64,000 nucleotides of DNA from Patescibacteria group bacterium (lineage in GTDB: Bacteria; Patescibacteriota; Minisyncoccia; Phycocordibacterales; PALSA-1337), in contig JBBTRA010000002.1 in assembly GCA_038065415.1 (NCBI GenBank), positions 13,646 through 77,645 on the forward strand, given 5' to 3'. Positions 47,701-57,943 of the stretch are shown piece by piece; position 1 is the first letter of the stretch; every line of letters starts with the position of its first letter. The notes under the pieces were generated by a model, which was not told where the DNA came from, did no database searches, and was given only the letters and a program-made list of their open reading frames with translations. A program made the translations under genes and the position numbers.

Positions 47701-48729
47701 ATGGCATTGATCATCAAAGAAAAGGTATCGCTTGCCCCCTATACTACATTCAAACTCGGTGGGCTGGCGCGATTTTATTGCTCCGTCAACACAGAAGACG
47801 AGCTTGTTGAGGCGTGCCAGTTTGCGCGAGAGAAGGATCTCCAGATCTTTATCTTGGGAGGCGGATCGAACATCCTTATTTCAGGAAAAGGGTTCAATGG
47901 ACTCGTCATTCGCATGCGTATCAAGGGTATCACCATAGAAGAGAAGGAGAGTGGAGCTGTCTGTGTTACTGCAGCAGCTGGCGAACTCTGGGATGACTTG
48001 GTAGAAAAGACTGTTTCTGAAGGGATATATGGGTTGGAGAATCTTTCTGCGATACCGGGTACAGTCGGTGCGGCGCCTGTTCAGAATATCGGTGCATATG
48101 GGGCAGAGGTTTCAGAGACAATCATCGAGGTGCGTGCGTTCCACATCCCAACGCTCACCTTTGTGCAACTTTCAAAAGCTGAGTGTGGTTTTTCATACCG
48201 GGATAGCGTCTTCAAGCATGACAAGGGTAAGTATGTTATCACGAGAGTGTATTTTGGGCTTTTCAAAAATGGGAAGGTGAATACGAGCTATAGGGAAGTC
48301 CAGCAGTATTTTGCCGAAAAAGAAATTGCAGAGCCTACATTGCAAGAAGTACGTGATGCGGTCATTGATATTCGATGGGGTAAACTACCTGATTGGAAGT
48401 TGTGGGGAACGGCAGGATCATTTTTTAAGAACCCTGTTATTAGTGCGGTAGCATTCGCTGAGCTCAAGAAACGGTATCCTGATTTACCGGGATTTCCTGA
48501 ACCTGATGATAGGGTCAAGGTTTCACTCGGGTGGATACTCGACAAGGTCTGTAATGTGAAAGGGCTCTGTGTCGGCAATGTCTGTGTGTATGAGAAGCAG
48601 GCGCTGGTACTTGTGGCCAAGCCCGGTGCGACGTCTGAGGAAGTGGTCAAGTTGGCGCAAGATCTCATGAAGGCGGTCAAGGAGAAGACGGGCATAGATA
48701 TAGAGGGAGAGGTTGAGTGGGTCAATTAG
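47701..48729 (+). CDS. murB: UDP-N-acetylenolpyruvoylglucosamine reductase
   Basis: …YTTFKLGGLARFYCSVNTEDELVEACQFAREKDLQIFILGGGSNILIS… FAD-binding MurB signature. Confidence 0.8.
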   Translation: MALIIKEKVSLAPYTTFKLGGLARFYCSVNTEDELVEACQFAREKDLQIFILGGGSNILISGKGFNGLVIRMRIKGITIEEKESGAVCVTAAAGELWDDLVEKTVSEGIYGLENLSAIPGTVGAAPVQNIGAYGAEVSETIIEVRAFHIPTLTFVQLSKAECGFSYRDSVFKHDKGKYVITRVYFGLFKNGKVNTSYREVQQYFAEKEIAEPTLQEVRDAVIDIRWGKLPDWKLWGTAGSFFKNPVISAVAFAELKKRYPDLPGFPEPDDRVKVSLGWILDKVCNVKGLCVGNVCVYEKQALVLVAKPGATSEEVVKLAQDLMKAVKEKTGIDIEGEVEWVN

Positions 48730-48756
48730 TTTTTTTATTGTCCCAAATATGGTACA

Positions 48757-51288
48757 GTGCCATCTACTCTTATGGCTATATTTTCCAACATATTCACCCG
48801 CACCCATACCAAGAATGTCAAAGCATTCGAACCTATCGTCGCACGCATAAACGCCCTTGAAGATACAATCAAGGCTCTTTCTGATACTGATCTTCGAGCC
48901 AAGACCGACGAGTTCAAGAAGTCGCTCGCTGAAGGAAAAACACTTGATAATATTCTCCCCGAAGCGTTCGCTGTTGTGCGCGAGGCATCACGCCGTACAC
49001 TCGGTCAGCGTCATTTTGACGTACAGCTTCTGGGTGGCATGGTACTCAATTCTGGCGGTATCGCAGAGATGAGGACGGGAGAAGGTAAGACCTTGGTGGC
49101 GACATTTCCTGCATATTTGAATGCTCTTACAGGCAAAGGAGTGCATGTTGTCACAGTTAACGACTACCTCTCAAGGCGTGATGCAGTCTGGATGGGCCAG
49201 ATATACGCCTTTCTCGGACTCTCTGTCGGTGTGATCGGCAATGAGACATCATTTTTGTATGATCCGACACACAAGGAGGCGCCAGCGTCCGTAGAATCTT
49301 CTGATGAGCTCGATACGGAACGCGATCAGCTCGGTGCATTCAAGGTGGTTCATGAATTCCTGCGCCCGGTATCTCGCCGAGACGCGTATGCAGCTGATAT
49401 CACCTATGGTACGAACAATGAGTTCGGTTTTGATTATTTGCGTGACAACCTCGTGTACAGCCCTGATAGGCTTTGTCAGCGTGAACCAAGCTATGCTATC
49501 GTCGACGAGATCGACTCTATCCTCATCGATGAGGCGCGCACACCACTGATCATTTCTTCGCCGACTCGTGATGCTGAATCTACATACAAACAGTTCGCAA
49601 CACTGGTGAAATCGTTTGCACAGGAGTCTGACTACACTGTCGATGAGAAGCATCGCTCGATCTCGCTCACGTCTGACGGTATCACCAAAGCTGAGAAGGC
49701 TCTCAATATTGAAAATATCTACACCGACAAGGGTATCAAGTCGGTTCATCATCTGGAGACCGCTATCAAAGCAACCGCACTCTATAAGAAGGATATCGAC
49801 TATGTAGTCAAAGAAGGTCAGATTGTGATTGTTGATACATTTACGGGGCGTATGCAACCAGGCCGTCGTTGGTCCGATGGTCTCCATCAGGCTATTGAGG
49901 CCAAGGAAGGTGTCGGTATCCAACAGGAATCTCGTACCTACGCATCGGTCACATTCCAGAACTTCTTCCGCATGTATCCCAAGCTTTCTGGTATGACGGG
50001 AACCGCAGCAACTTCCGCAGAGGAATTCTTCAAGGTGTATGGCCTCGAAGTTTCTGTTATCCCAACCAACAATAAGCCGGTTCGTATCGACCGCAATGAT
50101 CAGATATTCCAGACCGAGCTTGGTAAGTTCAAGGCCCTCGCACGCACTATCAAGGAATTGCACAAAAAAGGCCAGCCGGTCCTTATTGGTACAGTATCTA
50201 TCGAGAAGAACGAGTTGCTCTCACACTTCCTCAAGGCCGAAGGCATACCGCACCAGATGCTCAATGCCAAGAACCATGAGAAGGAAGGGGAGATCATTGC
50301 TCAGGCTGGTAAGAAGGGAGCAGTTACTATTGCTACCAACATGGCAGGTCGCGGTGTCGATATCAAACTCGGCGGTAACCCGAGCACACCTGAAACATCA
50401 CAGGAAGTAAAAGCCGCCGGAGGTCTCTTTGTGATCGGCACCGAACGTCATGAGGCACGCCGTATCGACAACCAGCTCCGCGGTCGTTCAGGTCGCCAAG
50501 GAGATCCAGGCGAAACACAGTTCTTCGTGTCTCTCGAGGATACGCTCATGCGCGTGTTTGCCTCGGATATGCTCAAGTCTATGATGGGTAAGCTCGGTGT
50601 CGCCGAGGATGAGCCGATCGAGCACAAGCTCATTTCCAAGTCCCTCGAGAGTGCCCAGCAGAAAATCGAAGGATTCAACTTCGATTCCCGTAAGCATGTG
50701 CTCGAGTTCGATGACGTCATCAACACACAGAGAAAGAACATGTATGGCCGCAGAAGGAAGGTTTTGCTCGGAACAGTAGATGAAGTTGAGACGGAATTGA
50801 AGGAGATCGTTGGTGATGATTCTCTCGGTGAGGTTATTTCCAAGAAATCCGTTGAATTCGGCCGCGACATGTTCTTTGACGCGATTCGCATGGTGCTCCT
50901 TCAGGCAATCGATATGTATTGGGTTGAGCACCTTGAAGTCATGGATTACACCCGTTCGAGCGTTAATCTGCGCGCCTACGGTCAGCGTGATCCTCTCGTA
51001 GAATACAAGAAGGAAGGTTTGAGGCTTTTCAAGGAGATGCAGGCGGCCATGCGTGAGCAGGTCGTGAAAGTGATTCCTCATGTGGTACCTGTAGGTAACG
51101 CTGCTCCGGTTGTACAGGAGCAGAAGGACCTCAAGGAAGTCCATGAAAATGCATCCATCATTGGAGGGGGTGACGGATCAGGTAACGCGCAGTCTTCAGT
51201 AAAGAAAGAACCGGAAGTTGGCAGGAATGACTTGTGTCCATGCGGAAGCGGCAAGAAATACAAGAAGTGCCACGGAGTTGGGAAGTAA
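48757..51288 (+). CDS. secA: Preprotein translocase ATPase SecA
   Basis: …IAEMRTGEGKTLVATFPAYLNAL… (Walker A), DEAD-like motor, C-terminal zinc finger CPCGSGKKYKKCHG; 843 aa. Confidence 0.9.
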   Translation: MPSTLMAIFSNIFTRTHTKNVKAFEPIVARINALEDTIKALSDTDLRAKTDEFKKSLAEGKTLDNILPEAFAVVREASRRTLGQRHFDVQLLGGMVLNSGGIAEMRTGEGKTLVATFPAYLNALTGKGVHVVTVNDYLSRRDAVWMGQIYAFLGLSVGVIGNETSFLYDPTHKEAPASVESSDELDTERDQLGAFKVVHEFLRPVSRRDAYAADITYGTNNEFGFDYLRDNLVYSPDRLCQREPSYAIVDEIDSILIDEARTPLIISSPTRDAESTYKQFATLVKSFAQESDYTVDEKHRSISLTSDGITKAEKALNIENIYTDKGIKSVHHLETAIKATALYKKDIDYVVKEGQIVIVDTFTGRMQPGRRWSDGLHQAIEAKEGVGIQQESRTYASVTFQNFFRMYPKLSGMTGTAATSAEEFFKVYGLEVSVIPTNNKPVRIDRNDQIFQTELGKFKALARTIKELHKKGQPVLIGTVSIEKNELLSHFLKAEGIPHQMLNAKNHEKEGEIIAQAGKKGAVTIATNMAGRGVDIKLGGNPSTPETSQEVKAAGGLFVIGTERHEARRIDNQLRGRSGRQGDPGETQFFVSLEDTLMRVFASDMLKSMMGKLGVAEDEPIEHKLISKSLESAQQKIEGFNFDSRKHVLEFDDVINTQRKNMYGRRRKVLLGTVDEVETELKEIVGDDSLGEVISKKSVEFGRDMFFDAIRMVLLQAIDMYWVEHLEVMDYTRSSVNLRAYGQRDPLVEYKKEGLRLFKEMQAAMREQVVKVIPHVVPVGNAAPVVQEQKDLKEVHENASIIGGGDGSGNAQSSVKKEPEVGRNDLCPCGSGKKYKKCHGVGK

Positions 51289-51326
51289 TATGTCTGTCAT
51301 AAGGAAAAGTAGACTATTAGCAATTT

Positions 51327-51824
51327 ATGGAGACAAAACCAAGAAAACTCTTTACGCTCTGCATAGTCCATCAGGATGGTAGAGTGCTTCTTGGTATGAA
51401 GAAGAGGGGATTTGGTGCGGGGAGATGGAACGGGTTTGGTGGCAAGGTTATGCCCGATGAAGGTATTGAGGGCGCTGCTCACCGAGAATTGACTGAAGAG
51501 GCAAGTATCAAAGCTTTGAAACTCGAAAAGGCGGGCATATTGGAGTTTGAATTTGAAAATGACCCGAAGATGATGGAGGTTCATGTGTTCAAGATAGAAA
51601 GCTTCGAAGGGGAACCGGTAGAAAGTGAGGAAATGAGACCTCAGTGGTTCAATGTTCAGGAGATACCTTTTGATGATATGTGGTCCGATGACCGTTATTG
51701 GTTGCCATTGCTTTTGCAAGGCAAGAAATTTACAGGGAAGTTCCTTTTCGATAAGCCATCGACAGCTGAATATTCTGCAAAAATCCTCAAAGAGGAACTT
51801 GTCGAAACTGCGGATCTTCCTTAG
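51327..51824 (+). CDS. NUDIX hydrolase (MutT/MTH1-like)
   Basis: Nudix box GGKVMPDEGIEGAAHRELTEEASI. Confidence 0.7.
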   Translation: METKPRKLFTLCIVHQDGRVLLGMKKRGFGAGRWNGFGGKVMPDEGIEGAAHRELTEEASIKALKLEKAGILEFEFENDPKMMEVHVFKIESFEGEPVESEEMRPQWFNVQEIPFDDMWSDDRYWLPLLLQGKKFTGKFLFDKPSTAEYSAKILKEELVETADLP

Positions 51825-51895
51825 ATATACGGGTGCTGTATATCCCGTAAAGACAAAAAATTCACAATAATTTGATAGTGTGGTAATGTAATATC

Positions 51896-52945
51896 ATGAT
51901 AACCACACCTCCAAGTCAGTTCTTCTTCGGCCTCCTTTTGGCTGCGATAGTCTTGGCAGTTCTCATTTTTATGCCCTTCCTGACGCCAATCGTCCTTGCG
52001 GCAGCCCTTGCGGTCGTTGCGGGTCCTGCACATCGTCTCATGATACGGATATTGTTCCGTGATCGGGAGCGCAGTAGTCTCGCCGCGGTGATTACGACCA
52101 TACTCATCATAGTGGTGATATGTGTGCCAGTACTTCTTGTTGCGGGTAAGATATACACCGAAGTGCAGACCATGTACGCATTCTTGACTGATGAGGCCGG
52201 TAGATCTCAGGTGATCACCTCTCTCAACGCAGCAACATCCGGGCTTTCACGCGTGTTCCTCGGCCTCTATCCGGCGTATTCATTTGATTCGTTCAACATC
52301 ACTACAATCCTCCAGAGGGCGCTCGAATGGCTCTTTGCCAATCTGGATGTGGTCTTCGGTGGCGTATCGAAGATAGCGCTCAGTGTGTTCATCATGTGTC
52401 TGGCGCTCTTCTACTTCCTCCGTGATGGCCGTGAACTCAAGCGTCAGATCATTTCGCTGTCTCCACTGGGAGACGCTGATGATGAACGTATATTTGGCAA
52501 GCTTGAACAGACTATATACTCCATATTCGCAGGAAGCATCTCGGTCGGTATCGTTCAAGGTGTGCTCACGGGTATCGGCTTTGCTATCTTCGGCGTGCCA
52601 AGTCCTGCTTTGTGGGGATCGATCGCAGCTATTTCCGCACTCATCCCAGGTATCGGCACCGCGCTCGTGATCGTGCCTGGCGTTGCGTACCTCTTCTTCA
52701 CGGGTGCCACGGGTCCGGCCATCGGTCTCCTTATTTGGGGAGTGGTCGCTGTCGGTTTTATCGACAATTTCTTGGCTCCTATCATCATCAACAGGAGGGT
52801 CAAGATTCATCCGTTCATGATTCTGCTTTCGGTGTTGGGAGGTCTTATCTTCTTTGGACCGGTCGGATTTGTGCTCGGACCGATAGCGCTGGCTTTCCTT
52901 TTTGCACTGCTCGATATCTATAAGACGAGGCCCAAAGTAAACTAA
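51896..52945 (+). CDS. AI-2E family transporter (PerM/UPF0118)
   Basis: 349 aa, 7-8 TM helices; typical AI-2E topology and C-terminal …IDNFLAPIIINRRVKIHP…. Confidence 0.65.
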   Translation: MITTPPSQFFFGLLLAAIVLAVLIFMPFLTPIVLAAALAVVAGPAHRLMIRILFRDRERSSLAAVITTILIIVVICVPVLLVAGKIYTEVQTMYAFLTDEAGRSQVITSLNAATSGLSRVFLGLYPAYSFDSFNITTILQRALEWLFANLDVVFGGVSKIALSVFIMCLALFYFLRDGRELKRQIISLSPLGDADDERIFGKLEQTIYSIFAGSISVGIVQGVLTGIGFAIFGVPSPALWGSIAAISALIPGIGTALVIVPGVAYLFFTGATGPAIGLLIWGVVAVGFIDNFLAPIIINRRVKIHPFMILLSVLGGLIFFGPVGFVLGPIALAFLFALLDIYKTRPKVN

Positions 52946-52950
52946 CCGAT

Positions 52951-53922
52951 ATGGCCTTCATAGATGAAATCACATTCCACGCGAAAGCGGGCGACGGCGG
53001 CACCGGCGTGGTTCGTTGGCGTCATGAAAAAGGCAAGGAATTCGCTGGCGCAGCTGGCGGTAACGGCGGCCCGGGAGGCGATGTCTATGTACGTGCGGTA
53101 CGCGATATCAATATCCTCGCGCGCCATCGCTCGGTCAAACAATTTCGTGCGACCGACGGCAACGCGGGCGAGAATTGGAGCAGGCAGGGTAGTGCTGGTG
53201 AAGATATATATGTAGAGCTCCCGATCGGTTCTTTGGTCAAAAACGTGCAGAGCGGCCGTGAGGTCGAACTCATCGAGGATGGTCAAGTTTCCAAAATACT
53301 GCATGGCGGTAGGGGTGGTCTCGGCAATGAGCATTTCAAGGCTTCGACCAACGTTAAGCCTGAGCAGTCTACAGACGGCATGATCGGCGATGAAGCGGAT
53401 TTCACTGTTGAGCTCAACCTGATCGCAGATGCTGGCTTCATTGGTTTGCCGAATGCAGGCAAATCTAGCCTTTTGAATGTATTGACCCGTGCTAATGCCA
53501 AGGTGGGCAGTTACGCCTTCACCACGCTCGATCCGAACCTCGGCGCGCTGCATGGATATGTGCTCGCTGATATCCCTGGTCTTATTGAAGGTGCATCTGA
53601 AGGCAAAGGTCTTGGACACAAATTTTTGAAACATGTGAAGAGAACCAAGGCGTTGTTCCACCTTGTTTCTCTCGAGAATCCGGCTGATAAGATAGAGGAA
53701 GTCTATACAACTATCCGCAAGGAATTGGAAAAGTACGGACAGGGGCTTACCGATAAAAAGGAAGTTATCATTTTGACGAAGACAGATCTCGTGGATGCGG
53801 AGGCGGTCAAGACTGCACGCAAGATCCTCGAGAAATACAATCGCGAGATACTAGAAGTTTCTATACTGGATGATGCGTCTATCAAGAAGATAGGTGAGGA
53901 GATCGCAGGGAGGCTTGCATAA
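52951..53922 (+). CDS. obg: GTPase Obg (short form without C-terminal OCT domain)
   Basis: MAFIDEITFHAKAGDGGTGVV… Gly-rich Obg fold; G1 GLPNAGKSSLL, G3 DIPG, G4 TKTD. Confidence 0.85.
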   Translation: MAFIDEITFHAKAGDGGTGVVRWRHEKGKEFAGAAGGNGGPGGDVYVRAVRDINILARHRSVKQFRATDGNAGENWSRQGSAGEDIYVELPIGSLVKNVQSGREVELIEDGQVSKILHGGRGGLGNEHFKASTNVKPEQSTDGMIGDEADFTVELNLIADAGFIGLPNAGKSSLLNVLTRANAKVGSYAFTTLDPNLGALHGYVLADIPGLIEGASEGKGLGHKFLKHVKRTKALFHLVSLENPADKIEEVYTTIRKELEKYGQGLTDKKEVIILTKTDLVDAEAVKTARKILEKYNREILEVSILDDASIKKIGEEIAGRLA

Positions 53923-53932
53923 GCAAAGCTTT

Positions 53933-54616
53933 CTATTTTTGCGGGAGAGAATACATTGGTATCCCATAAGCGTACCGGATACCACCACAATGAAGTTTAT
54001 TTTCTGTAATTAAGTTTTTTGTGTTACCTATGGTGACTGTAGCCCCTGTAGTATTTTGGGGCAGTATACTAAGTGCTTTTATGTTACTACGGTTAATAGA
54101 AAGGACGCGGTTTACTTTTGTTTGCAGTCCGTGCTCGTTTAGAGAAGGAGTACTAAATCCTAAGAGAAATATGTCTCTATTTTCATATATCTTGCAGACA
54201 CGAGCCGTTTCTATATGTCTACTTTTTTCTGGGGCTTCTGCAAAGGATATGCCAAGCACCCTAAGTTTTTCAAGCTCTTCTTCATCAGCAATAATACTCG
54301 CAAGGTATGGCTTTGCTCCACCCAGCCATTGAGGTATAAAAGGAAAAAAGAAATTACTAAAAATATATATCCAAATCAACAAACAGGAAAATTTGAGTAA
54401 AAAGTTTGTCTTGGAAAAACGAATTCTAACCCATTTCCAGATGCCAATAGTTAGTATAGGAGGAAATAATATTAAAGTACCGGCGGATAAAAACCGTGTT
54501 TGTAACAGATCGTATTCAAATATCCCAAAGTGACCAAGATATAAATTCCATGCAAAAAATCCGCTTGCATATGCTGTAGCCAGTAACATAACAGTTTTTT
54601 TCTCAAGTAAATCCAT
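53933..54616 (-). CDS. Hypothetical membrane protein (227 aa) in locally AT-rich DNA
   Basis: Several hydrophobic helices; codon usage visibly AT-skewed relative to neighbours. Confidence 0.35.
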   Translation of the reverse strand: MDLLEKKTVMLLATAYASGFFAWNLYLGHFGIFEYDLLQTRFLSAGTLILFPPILTIGIWKWVRIRFSKTNFLLKFSCLLIWIYIFSNFFFPFIPQWLGGAKPYLASIIADEEELEKLRVLGISFAEAPEKSRHIETARVCKIYENRDIFLLGFSTPSLNEHGLQTKVNRVLSINRSNIKALSILPQNTTGATVTIGNTKNLITENKLHCGGIRYAYGIPMYSLPQK

Positions 54617-54630
54617 CGCCGTTAATAAAT

Positions 54631-56097
54631 TTATCCGAGTTTCTCCAACAACAACTTCTTGATCATCTCAGGGTTGCCTGCACCCTTGGTTGCTTTCATC
54701 GCCATACCGACGAGGAACTGGAGTGAAGCGAGCTTGCCGGCCTTATATTCAGCGATGGCTTTTGGGTTATCGGCGAGTACTTGTTCGATAGCGGGAATGA
54801 GTGCTGAAGGGTCGTTTTTCTGGATGAGACCCTTGGCCTCAGCGACCTTCTTTGCAGATATTCCCTTCTCGGTAAAGAGGATTTTGAGGAGATCTTTGGC
54901 GCCGCGAGATGAGAGTTCACCCGCGTTGATCATGCTGATCAGCTCGGCAAAAACAGAGGGTGATACCTCCCACAGAAGGGAAGTAGTGCTGACGGGTGAT
55001 TGGGTAGATGAGTCCTTTATAAGCCTTATATAATCAGTGAGAATATAGTTGGTAGCCAGCTTCACAGATTTTGAGTCTCCAGCAGCGAAGTAGTTTACCA
55101 CCTCTTCATAGTAGTCAGCGGTCTCGGGTGATTCGACAAACACCGCAACTTCTTTGTCAGTCATGCCAAAGTCCTTGGTGAAGCGCTCGCGCTTGATCCA
55201 TGGGAGCTCAGGCAACTCCTTCTTCAAAGTCTCGGCAGAGAACTCTGGGATTTCGGAGAGCTTCAACTTTGGTATATCAGGATCCGGGAAGTAGCGGTAA
55301 TCGTGAGAGCTCTCCTTTTTTCTTTGAGAGTATGTTTCGTTTTTGCCATCGTCCCAACCACGAGTTTCTTGTATGACCTTGTCACCAGAACGGATGAGGT
55401 CGGACTGACGTTCGATCTCATACTCGATTGCTTTTTCAACTGAACGGAATGAATTGAGGTTTTTGACTTCGGTCTTCGTTCCAAATTTTCCGGCAGTAGT
55501 GTCAGCAGGGGATGCGACAGAAATATTTGCTTCGATACGCATCTCTCCCTTTTCCATGTTTGCTTCACCCGCACCGAGATAGCGGAGGAGGAGCTGGAGC
55601 TCGCTCGCAAACTTCACTGCAGTTGCTCCGTCGTGAATGACAGGTTTTGTCACGAGTTCCATGAGAGGTACTCCAGCACGATTGAAGTTCACCAAACTTT
55701 TGTCATGGGTGTCGTGTGTCGACTGAGCAGTGTCTTCTTCGAGATGTATACGCTCAAGCTCGACACCAGAAAGGGAGCCTCCCGTGATGAGCGGATATTT
55801 GTACTGACTGATCTGGTAACCTTTTGGGATGTCAGGATAGAAATAATTCTTGCGATCCCACTCTGTGAAGTCGGCGAGAGTTCCGCCAAGAGCGACACCC
55901 ATTTTGAGCACATGATTGATTGCCTCCCTGTTCAGGACGGGAAGGGTACCTGGATGACCAAGACAAACAGAACAGACATTCTTGTTAGGAACCTCTTCAT
56001 CGGGGTCATTCTTGCATGAGCAGAACATCTTTGAATTCGTAGCGAGTTCCGCATGTATCTCGAGTCCTATGGTGGCGATGAATTCCTGGTCAGTCAT
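54631..56097 (-). CDS. gatB: Asp-tRNA(Asn)/Glu-tRNA(Gln) amidotransferase subunit B
   Basis: MTDQEFIATIGLEIHAELATNSKMFCSC…VCLGHPGTLPVLN… canonical GatB N-terminus; 488 aa. Confidence 0.9.
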   Translation of the reverse strand: MTDQEFIATIGLEIHAELATNSKMFCSCKNDPDEEVPNKNVCSVCLGHPGTLPVLNREAINHVLKMGVALGGTLADFTEWDRKNYFYPDIPKGYQISQYKYPLITGGSLSGVELERIHLEEDTAQSTHDTHDKSLVNFNRAGVPLMELVTKPVIHDGATAVKFASELQLLLRYLGAGEANMEKGEMRIEANISVASPADTTAGKFGTKTEVKNLNSFRSVEKAIEYEIERQSDLIRSGDKVIQETRGWDDGKNETYSQRKKESSHDYRYFPDPDIPKLKLSEIPEFSAETLKKELPELPWIKRERFTKDFGMTDKEVAVFVESPETADYYEEVVNYFAAGDSKSVKLATNYILTDYIRLIKDSSTQSPVSTTSLLWEVSPSVFAELISMINAGELSSRGAKDLLKILFTEKGISAKKVAEAKGLIQKNDPSALIPAIEQVLADNPKAIAEYKAGKLASLQFLVGMAMKATKGAGNPEMIKKLLLEKLG

Positions 56098-56234
56098 AAT
56101 GGGTTTATAGTATATGAAAAGGAGCAGGATTTCAATCGGAGTTGATGCTATAGCGATAAATCCAAGAGGACTAGAAAACCCGCCATAGCGGGTTTCTTGG
56201 AGGTTGCTGGGAGAGCTCTCTCTTCGTCTCCAGT

Positions 56235-56495
56235 TTAGTCCTGATCGAGGTGCTTCACCTGAAGCTTCCTGACAGCTTTCTTAGGTGTTCGTGTTGCTCG
56301 GGTAGGAGATTCATTTTTGCCGATCACCTCGATAAGTTTCTCGATGTCCTCTCTCTTATATACTCGGTAATTATTGATGGGGTGTCTGAGGGCCTTGAGC
56401 TTGCCCTTGTTGTCCCAATTACGGAGGGTAAGAGGGGTGACCCCGAGCATTCTAGAGGCTTGCTTTATAGTGACTATTTTTGATTCTTGGCTCAT
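56235..56495 (-). CDS. MerR/excisionase-type HTH DNA-binding protein (86 aa)
   Basis: …IKQASRMLGVTPLTLRNWDNKGKLKALRHPINNYRVYKREDIEKL…. Confidence 0.55.
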   Translation of the reverse strand: MSQESKIVTIKQASRMLGVTPLTLRNWDNKGKLKALRHPINNYRVYKREDIEKLIEVIGKNESPTRATRTPKKAVRKLQVKHLDQD

Positions 56496-56582
56496 GCGTG
56501 TGTGATATGGCTTATAAGTACCCGCTTAGTATAACACTTATAAACATTGATAAACCATATATAAACTGTGGACAATTATATC

Positions 56583-56599
56583 AATCTATAAAATAGATT
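56583..56599. promoter_or_regulatory. Palindromic operator candidate AATCTAT-AAA-ATAGATT in AT-rich divergent intergenic region
   Basis: Perfect 7-bp inverted repeat between divergent HTH gene (56495) and 56810 gene. Confidence 0.3.
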
Positions 56600-56809
56600 A
56601 GTAATGTTTTATTAAAAACGTCGAATTTGATCGGTGCACTAAAAAATATTTTTCAGCTACTTCGAGTGGCTATTATGAGAGTAAAAAATATCGACCAAAA
56701 TCTAAAACGACCCTTTAAAATGCGATATGAGACTTTTATTTTTTGATACATGATATTAGTGCTATCCACAGAGCTTTTTCATATCGATGATTGCTATACT
56801 TATCACTGA

Positions 56810-57943
56810 ATGAAAGATTCAATTTTAATCGATGCTCGTGAGTTCATCTCGGTTGTCCGAGCCTCCGAGATAACCAAGTACAGCAACGACTATATCGGGC
56901 AACTCTGCCGCGAGGGTAAGATTGCTGCACGCATGGTTGGCCGCACCTGGTTCATCGATCGCGAATCTCTCTCCGTCTACAAAAATTCCGTTGATGCTGC
57001 ATTCGCCGGACAGGGCAAGCAGAAGGAGGCCATCCTGCCAAAGGGGTCGGTCGAGTCGAACATGATCGATGGGCGCGAATACGTCGAAGTCGCCAAGGCG
57101 GCTGAGATGACCAAATACTCCAAGGACTATATCGGGCAACTCTGCCGCGAGGGTAAGATTGCTGCGCGCATGGTTGGCCGCACCTGGCTCATAGACCGTG
57201 AATCTCTTGCCACCTACAAGAGCTCAGTCGACTCCTTCTTTGCTGGTCACGGTAAGCAAAAAGAGCCGGTGCTTCCGCGTGTTGTTGTTGAGTCGAAGAT
57301 GGTCGCTAAGTCGACGGTCATGTTTGTCGAAAAGCAAAAAGAGTCGCTTGCAAGGAACGCATCAGTGACGTACATGCCGGACACCGGCGCGACGTTACCA
57401 GTGTTGCAAAAGAAATATGATGCATCTGTCGCCGTGACACATGTTCCAAATAGTGATCAGCGCATTGTGTATCGTGAATCTAGGAAGTCATCGCCAATGC
57501 GTACTGCATTTACGGTTGTTGCGATTGCGCTCGTTCTCGTCTCTGGCTCAGTAGCTTTTCTTCGCATCTCTAATCGCTCAGGTCAGGGTCATGTTGCAGT
57601 CGAGATGATGGCCCCGAACACAGCCTCTGTTGGCAGTATCATCTATGCGATTGAAGATTTCTTCAGAAGGGTCTTCAACATGGAGTCTCGATCATTAGCA
57701 ACGAATGATGTGGAGAAGCCTCCACCGAACCCTGGAGGGCTCGCCATCGTACCGTCGTCAAATTCGAAAGCACAAGATGAACTTATAAAACAAAAGATAC
57801 GAGGATCGTTCTCGGATGAAGTCCGAGTCGCTCCAGACGAAAGTGGCACCGCGGGGGTGATCACGCCAGTCTTCAAGAAAGCAACGGGAGATAACTTCGT
57901 ATATGTATTGGTCCCCGTCGCAGAGCAAGCAAATAATCAGTGA
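56810..57943 (+). CDS. Membrane-tethered protein with two tandem excisionase-type HTH domains, one TM helix and ~120-aa extracytoplasmic C-terminus
   Basis: Repeat unit …EITKYSNDYIGQLCREGKIAARMVGRTWFIDRESL…AGQGKQKE… occurs twice (63-bp near-identical DNA repeat 56888-56950 / 57125-57187); TM …TAFTVVAIALVLVSGSVAFL…. Confidence 0.5.
   Translation: MKDSILIDAREFISVVRASEITKYSNDYIGQLCREGKIAARMVGRTWFIDRESLSVYKNSVDAAFAGQGKQKEAILPKGSVESNMIDGREYVEVAKAAEMTKYSKDYIGQLCREGKIAARMVGRTWLIDRESLATYKSSVDSFFAGHGKQKEPVLPRVVVESKMVAKSTVMFVEKQKESLARNASVTYMPDTGATLPVLQKKYDASVAVTHVPNSDQRIVYRESRKSSPMRTAFTVVAIALVLVSGSVAFLRISNRSGQGHVAVEMMAPNTASVGSIIYAIEDFFRRVFNMESRSLATNDVEKPPPNPGGLAIVPSSNSKAQDELIKQKIRGSFSDEVRVAPDESGTAGVITPVFKKATGDNFVYVLVPVAEQANNQ
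56888..56950 (+). repeat. 63-bp intragenic direct repeat copy 1 (second copy 57125..57187, 1 mismatch)
   Basis: gactatatcgggcaactctgccgcgagggtaagattgctgc[a/g]cgcatggttggccgcacctgg; 237 bp period = 79 codons = one HTH unit. Confidence 0.8.

Noticed and set aside
49249-50163. 304-aa ORF on minus strand
   Set aside because: Lies entirely antisense within the well-supported secA gene; no motifs; typical antisense-frame artefact.
50488-51144. 218-aa minus-strand ORF
   Set aside because: Antisense to secA C-terminal region; rejected as spurious.
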